In this document: positions 1 through 12,987 of the stretch, piece by piece
How the letters are laid out: each line of letters begins with the position of its first letter
Position numbering within the stretch: the first letter of the stretch is position 1
From: Eutreptiella sp. 'Long Island Sound 2002'
Taxonomy: Eukaryota > Protista > Euglenida
DNA: 64,000 nt
Reading direction: 5' to 3'
Assembly: GCA_964036045.1 (NCBI GenBank)
Contig: OZ038378.1
Span: 125,984,001-126,048,000, forward strand
Notes under the pieces: generated by a model
The model's input: the letters and a program-made list of their open reading frames with translations, nothing else
Told to the model about the DNA's origin: nothing
Databases searched by the model: none
Program-made: the position numbers and the translations under genes

Positions 1-3000
1 GCGTTGTCATCTATGGTGCACCTTCAAGGCACCAAGGATGTGTGCTTGTGGGCGGCCATTCATTTGCCTTGCGCCTCCGAGGGGCCATGCAGGAGCTCTT
101 GCGGCGCTTATGGTTCCTCATCACGGTGCCATATGCGCGCACGCATGACACCTGGTCATCTAACGTGCTTCCTCGTGGTTCCAAGCGGCGATGTTGGGCA
201 AATGGAGATCTACCATACGCCTGCACGGCGCCATACGGGTACTCTCGGGGCACCTAGTTATTTGCTTGTCACCCTTAGAGCGCCATGCGGGCATTCTCGG
301 GGCACTAGGCCATCTGTGTTGTGCGAGTTGCACGCGATGCGGGCGTTGTCGGCACCTGTGTTTATGTATGGTGCGGCCTGATAGCTGCATACTGGTGTTG
401 TCGCCGAGTTCATATGGGCAGGGCAATTTCAAGACATCAAGCGACGTGGAATGGAACAGGGACCACGAACAAACATAAAAGCGGAAATTTTGACAGCACT
501 ATTTGAAGGGGGGGGTAAAGGAGTCATCCAATGCCTCCCCTCTGATGAAAAGGCCTTTTGAACGCACATGGAAATGGCAAAATCTAAAGACCTAACAAAA
601 GAGCCCCCCTTTCAAGACCCGCCCCCATCTATCTCACTGGATAAGGGTGCTGTGATGACTCCTCCTTGAGCAATACTCCAGCTACACTACATGCCTGGTC
701 ATCCGCAATGCACATTCACGGCACCATGCATGCGTGCTTGTGGCGCCCATTCACCTGCCCTGGGCCTCCAACATGCCATGCAGGAGCTCTTGCGGCGCTT
801 ATGGTTCGCCCTCACGGTGCCATATGGGAGCACTCATGACACCTCGTCATCTAACGTGCATCCTCGTGGTTCCAAGCGGGGCTCTTGGGCGGATGGAGAT
901 CTACCATACGCCTTCACGGCGCCATACTGGTACTCTCGGGGCGCCTAGTTATTTGCTTTTCACCCTTAGAGCGCCATGCGGGCATTCTCGGGCCATCTGT
1001 GTTGTGCCCGTTGCACGCGATGCGGGCGCTGTCAGCACCTGTGTTGATCTATGGTGCGGCCTGATAGCTGCATGCTGGTGTTGTTGTGGAGTTCATATGG
1101 GCAGGGTAATTTCAAGACATCAAGCGACGTGGAATGGAACAAGGACCACGAACAAACATGAAAGCGGAAATTTTGACAGCACTATTTGAAGGGGGGGACA
1201 AAAGAGTCATCCAATGGGTCCCCTTTGATGAAAAGGCCTTTTGAACGCACATGGAAATGGCAAAATCTAAAGACCTAACAAAAGAGCCCCCCTTTCAAGA
1301 CCCGCCCCCATTTATCTCAGTGGACAAGGGTGTTGTAATGCCTCCTCCTGCCTCCTTGAGCAATACTCCAACTGCCCTGCATGCCTGGTTATCTGCAGTG
1401 CACATTCACGGCACCATGCATGCGTGCTTGTGGCGCCCATTCACCTGCCTTGGGTCTCCAACATGCCATGCAGGAGCTCTTGCGGCGCTTATGGTTCGCC
1501 CCCACGGTGCCATATGGGAGCACTCATGGCACCTGGTTATCTACCGTGCGCCCTCATGGTCCCAAGGAGCGTTCTTCGACGGACTGCGATCTACCTTACA
1601 CTTTTGTGGCGCTATACGGGTACTCTCGGGGCGCCTGGTGATTTGGTTTGCAATCTCCAAACGCCATGGGGGCACTCTCGGGACACGGGGCCATCTGCTT
1701 TGTGCCCTTTGGACGCCATGCGGGCGCTCTCAGCACCTGTGTTCATCGACGATGCGCCCTCATAGCGCCATACTAGTGGTGTTGGGGAGGTAATATGGGC
1801 AAGGAATTTTCAAGACACCAAGTCACGTGCAATCGAAAAAGGACCACGGAAAAATATGAAAGTCGCATTTTTCGAAACAGCGCTTCGAGGGGCTGCAAAA
1901 GAGTCAGAGCTTGCCTCCCGTTTGATGACAATTGCTTTTGAACGCATATTGAAGTGGCCCAAATCTAAGGCCCCAACAAAAGAGTCCCCCTTTAAGACCC
2001 TTCCCTATCCATTCGAGGGGTGCAAGGTGTTGTGAAATCACCTCCTGCCTGCTTGAGCAACATTCCAACTGCCTTCCATACGCCTTCACGCCACCATACG
2101 GGTGGGCTCATGGCACGTAGTGATGTCCTTTGCACCCTCGGAACCTCCTTCGGGGATTCTTGTACAACTAGGCCATTCGTGTTGGGCCCTTTGGACGCTA
2201 TGCACGCGCTCTCGGGACCTGTGTTCATGTCTGGTGCGGCCTCATAGCGCGATACGGGTGCTGTTGGGGAGGTCATATGGGCAGGGCATTTTCAAGCCAT
2301 CATGCCACGTGGAATGGAACAAGGACCATGAAAAAACATGAAAGTTGCAGCTTTGGAAGCAGCAGTTACAAGGGTGTCAGATCAGTCATCCGTTGCCTCC
2401 GTTTTCAATAAAACTCCTTTTGAACGCATATGGAAATGGCCAAAACCAACGGCCCCAACAAAAGAGTACCCTTTTCAAGCCCCCTCCCCAACCTATTCGA
2501 ATAGTTCAGGGCGTTGTGATATCTCCTCCTACTTCGGTCAACAATACTCCAATTGCCGTGCATGCTTGGTCATGTGCAGTGCACCCTCACCTCACCATGC
2601 ATGTGTGCTTGTGGCACCAGTTGATATGTCTTGCGCCCCCAAGGCGCCATGCGGGGCGCTCTTGCAGCGCTTATGCTTCCCGCCGACGGCGCCATATGGG
2701 TGCAATCATGTCACCTCATCATTCGCCATGCGCCCTCATGGGGCGTGGGCTGTCGCGCCTTCAGACGCCATGCAAGTGTTACGGGGATCCGCATTCATCT
2801 ATGGTGCGCCCTCATGGCGCCATACGGGTGCCGTTGGGGACGTCATATCAGCAGGGCACATGAAATGGAACAAGGACCACGAAACATGAACGCGGCATTT
2901 TTGAAAGTAGCACGTACGGGGGAATAAGAAGAGTCATCGGGTGCCTCCCTTTTAATGAAAACTGCTTTTGAACGGATATGGAAATGGCCACCACCTAGGG

Positions 3001-3560
3001 CACTAACAAAAGAGTCCACTTAAAAAAATGCGGCTATTCAACTGCCTCAAGGCGTTGTAATAACTCCTCGTGCCACCTTGAGTAATACCCCAACTGCCGT
3101 GCATGCTTGATCATCATTAGTGCACACTCACTTCACCATTCATGCATGCGGGTGGCGCCCATTGATATGCGTTGTGCCCCGAAGACGCCATGCGGGAGCT
3201 CTTGCGGTGCCTATGCTTTGCGCCCACGGTGCCACATGGGTGCACTCATGGCACTTGATCTTTTGCCGTGCGCCCGCATGGCCCCAAGGAGTGTTGTGCC
3301 CTTTGGACACCATGTGGGTGCTCTCCGGACCTTTGTTCATCTTTGGTGTGGGTGCTGTTGCGGAGTTCATATGGGCAGGACATTTTCAAGCCGTTAAATC
3401 ACGTGGAATCGAACAACGACCACAAAAAAAAATGAAACCAGCATTTTTGGAAGCAACAATGGAGGGAGCGCTAACAAAGTCATCTGTTGCCTCCCTTTTG
3501 ATGAAAATTCCTTTTGAACAGGTATCAAAATGGCCCAAATCAGTGGCCCCAACAAAATAG
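1..3560 (+). repeat. Degenerate tandem array, unit about 500-700 bp, built from short GGCGCCCTCATGGCGCCATA-like sub-repeats
   Basis: ATGGAAATGGCAAAATCTAAAGACCTAACAAAAGAG occurs at 568 and 1251 (period 683), with diverged homologues near 1950, 2430, 2975 and 3530. The ORF-track peptides repeat accordingly (e.g. MQELLRRLWF, NFDSTI). Confidence 0.9.
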
Positions 3561-4740
3561 CAGCATGCAGGAACTCTTGGGCCGCTTGATCATTTGTGGT
3601 GTGCCCTCATGGTACGATATGAGTGCTTTAGGTGACCTACCCAACTTCAATGTGCCCTCACAGTGCGCTACAATGGTGCTCAAGGAGGAGAGAGGAAGTA
3701 ACAAAATGCCTTGAACCCCTAGAACACGGGTGGGGGTGTCTTGAAAAGTGGTTCTTTGTTGCAAAACCTACATTTGGGCCGTTTCCTTTCAAAACGAACT
3801 GTCATTAAAAGGGGGGCGGCTGAAAAGCCTTGTCACACCACTGGATGTGCTGCATCCAAGGATGCCACTTTCTTGTTTTTCAATGGCCAGTGTCGAGTCC
3901 ACGTGACTTGATGGCTTGAAATCACTCTCCCATATGGACCCCCGAGCAAACAATTGTATGGCGCTATGAGGGCGCACCATAGATAAAAGCAGGTCCCGAG
4001 AGCGCCCGCATGGCGTCCAAAAGGCACAACACCAGCGAACTTGTCTAAAACATGAGGTCGTTCAACGGAATTAGCTTTTTTTGACACTTGAATGCCATTT
4101 CAAAATTTTCATAGTGATTTTGACCAATTATGCGACCTACTGTTGTGGCGGTTTTGATTCCTAATGGATGCTCGTGTGTCTTGGGGGGGGGGGGGGGAGG
4201 GCTTTCAATCTCTGTAAAATTCATTCAAAAACCAGCAAAATCGCTTCAAAAAATGTTTTCAACTCTTTTTTGACGCTTGCACCCTCAGAATTGAGCAACC
4301 TTCCCACTGACGTAAGCACACACACATGCAAAACAAATAAACCTTTCACGTGCAACAACCCCATTGTCACATGGATTTCCGGCAAGAACACGCAAAAGGG
4401 CCCCCGGTGTGCATTAGAGTGCGCAGGCCAATGGGACTCCCAAATAGCATGGGTGTCCCGGGCTCGGTCATCGGCGGACCGAGTGGCTGGTTCCACGGGC
4501 GCGGACCCGTTGGCGGGCTCCGTGGATGCGGCCCCGACGGTGGGCGCTGCGGCCGCCTCCGTCAGTTTGGGGGTTGGGGTTTGGCTCACCACCTCGTCTG
4601 CCTGCCCCCCCCCCCCCCAGTCTTTTGCCACCGCGCCGTGGCTGTTGTTCCGTGGCATACCACAAATGTGTTGCGACCTTGTACGGTGTCTCCCTAGTGC
4701 CGAATAGCACCCACTTTTGCCGCCCCCGTTCGCTGTCCTT
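2465..4740 (+). repeat. Segmental duplication I, copy 1 (about 2.3 kb)
   Basis: Colinear with about 4980-7295. Both start at CTTTTCAAGCCCCCTCCCCAACCTATTCGAAT and end after CCCACTTTTGCCGCCCCCGTTC. Confidence 0.9.
3720..4050 (-). repeat. Inverted copy of the array unit (foldback end of the array)
   Basis: The reverse complement reads GGTGTTGTGCCTTTTGGACGCCATGCGGGCGCTCTCGGGACC...ATCTATGGTGCGCCCTCATAGCGCC..., which is the forward array unit. The same arrangement recurs at about 6280-6620. Confidence 0.85.
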
Positions 4741-4979
4741 CCAGTCCCGGCCCTTGCGCCCGTCGACCGAACCTCGTCCTGGCCATGGATCCGAAACTCC
4801 CCCTAAAGACAAGATATGGTGGTCCAAAGCCAAAGCCAAAGCCAAAGCCCAAGCCACCACCCAGGGCCGTGGATTTTGTAATGGTCCCACGACATGGTCA
4901 TCAACCCTCTTCACAACCATAACCACTGGCACCACCCCTTTCTCAATCCCCTACGGGTACAACACCCACACAACAAAAC

Positions 4980-7295
4980 AGTCCCCTTTTCAAGCCCCCT
5001 CCCCAACCTATTCGAATGGTTCAGGGCGTTGTGATATCTCCTCGTACTTCGGTCAGCAATACTCCAATTGCCGTGCATGCTTGGTCATGTGCAGTGCACT
5101 CTCACCGCACCATGCATGTGTGCTTGTGGCGCCCATTGATATGTCTTGCGCCCCCAAGGCGCCACGCAGGCGCTCTTGCGGCGCTTATGCTTCCCGCCGA
5201 CGGCGCCATATGCATGCAATCCTGGCACCTCATCATTCGCCAAGCGCCCTCATGGGGCCTGGGCTGTTGTGCCTTCGGACACCGTGCAAATGTTCTAGGG
5301 ATCCGCATTCATCTATGGTGCGCCCTCATGGCGCCATATGGGTGCCGTTGGGGACGTCATATCAGCATGGCACTTTCTAGCCGTCAAATCACATGAAATC
5401 GAACAAGGACCACGAAACATGAACATGGCATTTTTGAAAGTAGCACGTACGGGGGAATCAGAAGAATCATCGGTTGCCCCCCCTTTAATGAAAACTTCTT
5501 TTGAGCTGATATGGAAATGACCAACACCTAGGGCACTAACAAAGGAGTCCACTTTTAAAAAAAAAGGCGGCTATTCAATTGGCTCAGGCCGTTGTGATAA
5601 CTGCTCGTGCCACCTTGCGCAATACCCCAACTGCCGTGCTTGCTTGAAGATCATTAGTGCACACTCACGGCAGGATTCATGCATGCGGGTGGCGCCCATT
5701 GATATGCGTTGTGCCCCGAAGACGCCATGCGGGAGCTCTTGCGGTGCCTATGCTTTGCGCCCACGGTGCCATATGGGTGCACTAATGGCACCTGGTCATT
5801 TGCCATGTGCCCTCATGGGGCCAAGGAGTGTTGTGCCCTTTGGACACCATGCGGGTGCTCTCCGGACCTGTGTTCATAGATCTATGGTGTGCCCTCATAG
5901 CCCTATACGGGTGTTGTTGGGAAGTTCATATGGGCAGGACATTTTCAAGCCGTTAAATCACGTGGAATCGAACAAGGACCACGAAAAAAAAATGAAACTA
6001 GCATGTTTGGAAGCAACAATGGAGGGAGCGTTAAGAGAGTCATCTGTTGCCTCCCTTTTGATGAAAATTCCTTTTGAACACGTATCAAAATGGCCCAAAT
6101 CAGTGGCCCCAACAAGACAGCACCATGCACGAACTCTTGGGCCGCTTGATCATTTGTGGTGTGCCCTCATGGTACGATATGAGCGCTTTAGGTGACCTAC
6201 CCAACTCCAATGTGCCCTCACAGTGCGCTACAATGGTGCTCAAGGAGGGGAGAGGAAGGATCACAATGGCTTGAACCCCTAGAACAGGGGTGGGGGTGTC
6301 TTGAAAACTCGTTTTTTGTTGCCAACCTAGATTTGGGCCGTTTCCAAGTCTTTTCAAAAAGACCTGTCATTAAAAGGGGGGCGGCTGAAAAGCCTTGTCA
6401 CACCACTCGGTGTGCTGCTTCAAAGGATGCCACTTTCTTGTTTTTCAATGTTCATTGTCGAATCCACGTGACTTGATAGCTTGAAGTGACTCTCCCATAT
6501 GACCCCCCGAGCAAACACTTGTATGGCGCTATGAGGGCGCACCATAGATAAAAGCAAGTCCCGAGGGCGCTCGCATGGTGCCAAAGGGCACAACACCAGC
6601 GAACTTGTCTAAAAGATAAGGTCATTCAACGGAATTCGCTTTTTTTGACACTTGAAATTTTCATAGTGACTTTGACTGATTATGCGACCTACTGCTGTGG
6701 CAGTTTTGATTGTTAATGGATGCTCGTGTGTCTTGGGGGGGGGGGGGGGCGTTGTTTTTCACGCTTTGAAATCTTTGTAAAATTCATTCAAAACCAGCAA
6801 AATCGCTTCAAAAAAATGTTTTCAACTCTTCCTTGACGCTTGCCCTTTCAGAATTGAACAACCTTCCCACTAACGTAAGCACACACACATGCAAAACAAA
6901 TAAACCTTTCACGTGCAACAGCCCCATAGTCACATGGATGTCCTGCAAGAACACGCAAAAGGGCCCCCGGTGTGCATTAGAGTTCGCAAGACAATGGGAC
7001 TCCCAAAGAGCGTGGGTGTCCCGGGCTTGGTCATCGGCGGACCGAGTGGCTGGTTCCACGGGTGCGGGCCCGGCGGTGGGCGCTGCGGCCGCCTCCGTTA
7101 GCTTGCGGGTTGGGGTTTGGCTCGCCACCTCGTATGCCTGTGTGGCAGGGCTTGCTACGTTGCTTCCGCCCCCCCCGTGGTCTTTTGCCACTGCGCCGTG
7201 GCTGTCGCCTCTGTGGCATACCTCAAATATGTTGTGACCTTGTACGATGCCTCCCTGGTGCCGAATAGCACCCACTTTTGCCGCCCCCGTTCACT
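4980..7295 (+). repeat. Segmental duplication I, copy 2
   Basis: See copy 1. Paired ORF peptides, e.g. 3140-3560 vs 5644-6195 and 4221-4658 vs 6808-7275. Confidence 0.9.
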
Positions 7296-9275
7296 GTCCC
7301 CACCACCACCCCTTTCTCCATCCCCTGAGGGTACAACACCCACACTGCGGGATTGCTGCCCCCCCCTCCCCTCCTTCCCCTTATCCCCTTTCGGCTGCCC
7401 CTCCGCGGCCCCCTTCGCTGCTAATTGCCTCTCATTTTTGTCTAATGCTCGCTTTGTTGCCTTCCACCCCCCCCCCCCCTCTCTGCTGGTCTCCCCCTTG
7501 CACTTTGTTGCCGCCTTCCTCCTCTGTGGTGCCTTTGGCGGGTTAGGGTTCACCTCCTCAACCTCCTCGCTAGAGCTCGTGGTGGTGCTCGAGCTCAAAA
7601 AGAGGAGCGGCTAGCCAGGCGGGGGCGCTCACGCCTGTGCAGCTACCCATCATCATCCAACTCGGACTTGAGTCGCGCTGGCTGTGTGGGCGGCGGGGTT
7701 TCCTCCGCCTTGGCAGCGGCGGGCGCCAGGGCGACCTTGCCCGCGGGTGTGGAGGTCTTGCCGACCTCCTCCAGCGGGACCCATGGTTGCGGTGGCCTCC
7801 CCAACGTCGCCCACGAGCCGCCGAGCTCGTGGCCATGCATCCATTCTTGCAGGCCGCGCAGGACCTAGAGGCCCGCGGTTGGGCGGCTCAAAAGGAGGCA
7901 GCAAAGGCAATTGATGCTAACGACGTCCTCGGTGCCGCCGTGCGCCCCCTCCAAGTGCAAACGGCGGCTGGCCGTGTGCGAGGCATCAGTGCAGAAATCG
8001 GTGACCTAAAGTAATTTTGACAGGCAGGGCAAGGAAAAGTGTTCAATTTTGAATTCTCGGATTCCTTTTTGAACTTGAAAAACGAGACCTCTACCTAGGT
8101 CTGCTCGTTTTTGAATTTGACTTCTCAAATTTGGACGTCCTACAAACGAAAGGTCACCAACATTTAAATTTGCGCACCATGGGATGGACCGCAAGGGCGG
8201 AGGGGGGCAGCAGGGCCGCCAAACGACAGCAAGGCCACCGCGCCGGCGCGGAACAGGCCCTCCGGTGTCTCGGCCTCCGCTTGGACGGCATCCGCCTACC
8301 GGGGATAGCGGCGCGTGGTCTTGGGTCGTAGCAACTTTGTCCAGGGATGGAGGCCTCCATATCGCCGGGCCTGGGCAGCATTATTTAGCCCCAACCCAGT
8401 GAGCTTGCCTCAGTTCGAGACAAAGAAGGTCTTCCGGGCGCGACGTTCAACGTGCCCAGTCCCATGCTGGGCCCATCGATGGTAATTCACCTCATGTACC
8501 ACCGAGCCTAGGAGCCTCCCAAAGGTCTTGCTGCGCTTGCAGACCGCCACCCGTAAGGAGCCTAGCATTGTAGGGGGTGCGGCCGCCCGGTTGCCCACTA
8601 TCCACTACCACCTAGCCCCCTCCCGGGACTCCACCGACACCTAAGTACCAAGGAGCTTCAAGTGCTAGATGGCACCCTGCAGTGTGCGCTGCAACACAAA
8701 CTGCAAGGTGATGTGCGCGTTCCGGGGCGCCCGAACGGCGGGGCGTACAGAGCACGTGCCTCCTTTCCAAGGGCCCCAGGCAACCAAAACAGCGCGAGGA
8801 CCTTTGAGGGGTGCTCCAAGGCACCACCTCGTGGACCCTGGTGCGTGGGGCCGCCGCCATGTCCGCAACGGACCACGGGGAGCCCAACTCTTGGTCCCCC
8901 TCCTCCTTTACCACAGTGCCAGCCTCCTGTTTCACCTTTGCACCCATGGCCTCCTTCTGCGTTGTCATATCCCTCCTGTCCCCCTTTTCTCTCTTGTTGC
9001 TTTCCCCGTTGTCCTTTTTGGATTTCCTTTCTTTCTGGGGGTGCTCATCCCCCGGCCCCCCTCGTCCGAGCCCCTTCCCGGCACCGGGGAGGACAAGTTG
9101 CGGGCAAGAAGGCCTCTATGGGGGGGGGGGGGGTGCCGCTGATGTTGCTGCTCTTGCAGATGCTATTGCTGCTAGCGCTGCTTGCTAGATTATTGTTTGT
9201 TGCTATTTGTGGCGTTGCTGCTTGCAGAGCTGCACGTGTGCCCTGTATCATTTGCGCGTGAACAGAAACCTTCAA
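7155..9275 (-). pseudogene. Decayed multi-exon ORF(s) of unknown function downstream of transposase 1 (Cys/His-rich and low-complexity segments)
   Basis: Minus-strand coding-like blocks (RCFGCLGPLERRHVLCTP...HH; VTDFCTDASH...INCLCC; acidic/Lys-rich tail) are separated by AT-rich spacers. One spacer has GT..AG ends (8177-8006, G|GTGCGC...CTTTAG|). Contains stops and frameshifts. Confidence 0.45.
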
Positions 9276-9529
9276 AATTGAAAATTCAAAAAAGAAAAAT
9301 ACAAATTCCGGCAGCTCTCACATTAATGCCCCTACTTGCATTTTGTCATGTTATGCCGCCCCGTTGGAGGGGGCAGGGAATTTCGTTCGAATTTGAATGT
9401 TCAAAATTTCAAAACAAATCCAAACAAATGCAAGCAAAAGCATACCACTTTCGGAAGTAGTGTTGTGTTGCTCTTGGCAATCATCGCCGCGACGGCGTTT
9501 TCGTCCATGCTAAAAGAAAAATGGGGGAG

Positions 9530-11400
9530 GTGGTGAGTGTGGCATGTTAATGGGTGCCAGGGTTTGGACAACGGGTTCCCTCAAAGTTCTCACCACGTAG
9601 GACGTCTTATGTGGGACACCCCGGGGTTGGAGTGGCAAATCGAACTGCAAGAACTTGCACTCCCACAGTTGGGCCACAACGCAGGTCTCCCGGAGTGTGG
9701 TGTGCTCAGCGCAGCCACCCCCACGGTCCGAGTGGTCGTTGTAGCCCACCTTTGGAATCCTGTTCATAGACTCGACGATGTCTTGGCTCATCATGGCCAT
9801 GAGGTGGGGTTGTAGGGACGCCAAGACATTGATCGAGTCCTTCCCCGATTTTTGTGTTATGTGTTCCCGGAAGCAGCTGGCTGGCCCACGACAATGCGGG
9901 GGCAGCCAATGATGGTAAGTGCGATGTAGGTGCCGCACTAGCTCCCGCATCTGCGCTACAAGGCCACCAGCGCAATGCGTGCCATCGAGGCAAGCCCCAT
10001 CCTCTACATGCTCCCAAGGCTCCAGCAGGGCGTACAATTTCTCCACATTTGGAAAGCCAGCGAAGCCTGGGCGAATTCCGGTGCGTGCCCCGTCCAAGAC
10101 AAACGGGACACATGCCCGCAGTACCTCATCCAGTTTGCTGCATAGGGCTTCTAGGAAGTGCACTAGCAACTGGCCAACTGCCATCATGAAGTGCACGATG
10201 CACGTAAAAAATTGCTCCCGTGCCATGCGCAGGAGGGGCTTGGCAACCCGACCGGCATGTTGCAAGTTGTGGCCATGCGGCGAATATCGCCGGTGGTGGT
10301 CCGCATCGCGTTGCAGGGTGCGGCGTTGTTGGCAGCCTTGCGGCCGATGGGTGGTGGAATCCCATATTGCCTCGTTCTAGATTCACCCCACTTGGGGGGC
10401 AATTGAGACACCCAGCTGGCGGGTAATCTAGGGGGTGTCTCCGGCGCAGCGAACGGTGGCAGCACGTTCTACGTTGGCCCATGTACAACGGCCGGTGTCG
10501 CAGATTTGCAAAATCTGAAAAAGTTAAGAATTTTTAATGTTCAAAAGTATTTTTTGAAGTTCAAAAGACACGATTTGGGCAGCTCTGTAGGTATTTGAAC
10601 GTTTCTTGAGCTTTGAACATTAGGATTTCAACGACTAGAAATCAAAACACAATACCTACGTGTTTGTGGCAACCACACCTGCAAAATCTCACGCCATATG
10701 GCATCTAGTTTGGCCATATCCTTGTGACCGCACACCGCCATCCTAACGACCTAGCAGTACGCCGGTTGGTTGGTGCAGGCACCATGGTTGGCAGACGTGA
10801 TGCCGAGGTGGCTCAGCCACCTCTTGCGCAAGGCTACACATCGCCGCGCAGCATAAACGTGAGGGGGCGTGACCAATCAATGCAATTGCGTAGAGCATTG
10901 CGCGATTGCACGCAATGGACCTAGGAAGCGATGGGCCATGAGCAGCCCGATGACGGCGGACTACCAGCGGTGCGCCAGCTTGAGGGAGGCACAACGAGCC
11001 CGCCGCCCCGCGTCGAAGTGCTCCGATGTAAAAATGGGCCGTGGAAACGGCCGTCCGGTCTTCAAAAAGTATTCTAGACCCTGCCGGGTGAAGAATTCCG
11101 ACAGGGCACGGAAGCCAGACTTTGGGGCCTTCAAGGCCACAACAACTTCTACGGCGCCTAGCGGAGTGATCAAGGACTCCGCATATTCCCGTATGGAGGT
11201 GTCCTCTGCGGCACGCACTACTTTGTGGCCCCCTTCCATAGTGGCTTGCTCCCACGGGGCCTCGTAACACGGGAAGGACGCCGACCATTGGGTCAGTAGG
11301 TGGCCCACACGGTCATCCATTGGGTTGGCCGTCTCGCTCCAGCAAACCAATGTCGCTGAGAGCTCCGGAATTACAGCTGGCCCATAGTGTGGTGCCGTGG
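9530..11400 (-). mobile_element. Decayed DDE transposase 1, RAG1-core/Transib-like
   Basis: Motif order on the minus strand: N-terminal GFRALSEFF..KTGRPFPRP; LTFMLRGD (D at 10840-10842); AVCGHKDM..L; in-frame GT-AG intron 10678-10515; VRCAGDTP (D at 10437-10439); TCIVHFMMAVG; MMSQDIVESMNR..K (E at 9771-9773). CxxC and Hx4H are not clearly preserved. Several stops and frameshifts. Confidence 0.6.
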
Positions 11401-11739
11401 TGGCATCTTTGTTGGTGGCCCCAAAGGGGAAACAACAAATTGAAGCACTGTGCAAACAATGGTATGTACCGGGCACAAATACCACAAGGTCATCAAAGAA
11501 ACCTCCCCTATAGCAAATTGAGCATCCTCGGATATGCCGTTGAGGGTGCACAACTTGCGGTGCACGGTAGGATTGGCTCACAAAAAAACATTCAAAAACG
11601 ACAATTGTAATAAAAAAATGCGTTTGAAAGATCAGTTAGAAAAAAGGAAGCGTCACAATTAAAAGTTTCTTTGTTGGACGACATTATGTTTCGGGCACGT
11701 TCCCAGGGCACACATGACGGAGTGCCCGGACAATGCCTT

Positions 11740-11950
11740 TACAACATTCTCACCTCGCAAAGGAAATCACTAGAGGCCCCAAGAGTACCCGTATGGCGCC
11801 CTATAGGCGTATGATACATCACCATCCGCTCAAGAACACCCCTTAGGACCATAAAGCCGCACGGAACATGACCGCGTGCCATAAGCGCACCCGAACCGCA
11901 CCGTGACCGTGAGCTGCAAGCACCCGAAGGGCTCCTGCACGGGGCCTTGA
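11740..11950 (-). repeat. Inverted partial copy of the 1-3560 array unit
   Basis: The reverse complement GCGGATGGTGATGTATCATACGCCTATAGGGCGCCATACGGGTACTCTTGGGGCCTCTAG matches about 885-950 (GCGGATGGAGATCTACCATACGCC..GGCGCCATACTGGTACTCTCGGGGCGCCTAG). Confidence 0.75.
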
Positions 11951-12228
11951 AAGCCCGAGTGTACCCTTCCTGAACGGGCATTAGGCGGTCTTTGAATGGA
12001 GGATTTAGATTGGACCAATTTGCCTAAAATTTTAGGGTTCTTCAGAAATCGCTTTATTTTTGGTTGCATCCCTACGTACCTGTTTGAAAAGTAGTATTGT
12101 TCATAATTAATTTTTCATATATGAACGATTCATATATGAACCATGAATTATGAACACCTTTTATAAACGCTTCTTTGTCCACAGATTTTGTTGTGTCTTA
12201 GCCTCCCTCCGTCTCCACGGAGCTCAAC

Positions 12229-12663
12229 ATGATGCTTGTTCGGCTCAGTGGTGCCACGAGTCTTCGGGACAGCAAGTGTTCCGACCTGTTAGCCCAATGG
12301 ATGTCATCGTCCCCCCTCATCCGGGCCCGTTTTACGGGGGCAATGGACAACGCTCCCCTCCCGGCGGTCCACAAAACCAAGGTGCACGCCATCCGTACGC
12401 ATGCGGAGGTCCTCATTCCCGCACCCTATCTCATAGGGCTACTTTTGGAGTTGGGTGCACCCCGGTCCGGCTTCTTGGTGTTGTTTGAGTACATCAGCCG
12501 CCCGGGCGAGGCCTACACCGCCCGCACGTGGCTGCCCTTCCCTCGGCCCATCCCCACATGGGACCAATTTGACGCAACGTGGAAGTCGCCTAACGGACAC
12601 GTGGGCGGCGAGTGCGCCCTGCTGGGCGAGCCTTGGGCAGTTGGGGTGGGAGGGGTGTGCTAA
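12229..12663 (+). pseudogene. Truncated N-terminal fragment of a transposase paralogous to transposase 1
   Basis: IRTHAEVLIPAPYLIGLLLELGAPRSGFLVLFEYISRPGEAYTARTWLPFPRPIPTWDQFDA aligns by eye with IREYAESLITPLGAVEVVVALKAPKSGFRALSEFFTRQGLEYFLKTGRPFPRPIFTSEHFDA (ORF 10961-11581 minus). No catalytic core follows. Confidence 0.6.
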
Positions 12664-12924
12664 CGAGGAGATCCTGCTGTCCAGTTGTGGGTTGAGCCCC
12701 CCCACCTACGGTAACCCCCGCAGCACCTCCCTACCAAAGCCCCCCCTCCGCCGAGAAACCCAAACCCCCTGTGCTGCCCCCTCCCCCCCCCCCAAACCCA
12801 CGCAACCCAAAAAAGCCGCCCCCCCCTCCGAAGCGCAAGTCTTTCGAATCGGGCAGCAGCTCATCGTCCCCCTGGTCGATCACTGGGGGGCCACCCCTTA
12901 TTTCATGCACCACAGTTCCCGAGG

Positions 12925-12926
<2 letters not shown>

Positions 12927-12963
<37 letters not shown>

Positions 12964-12987
12964 AAACACACACACACACACACACAC
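12927..12987. repeat. (CA)n microsatellite
   Basis: Direct reading; two interruptions. Confidence 0.95.

Noticed and set aside
1-7100. The many 60-280 aa ORFs in the tandem arrays as real genes
   Set aside because: They overlap in all frames, change frame between repeat copies and show no domain motifs.
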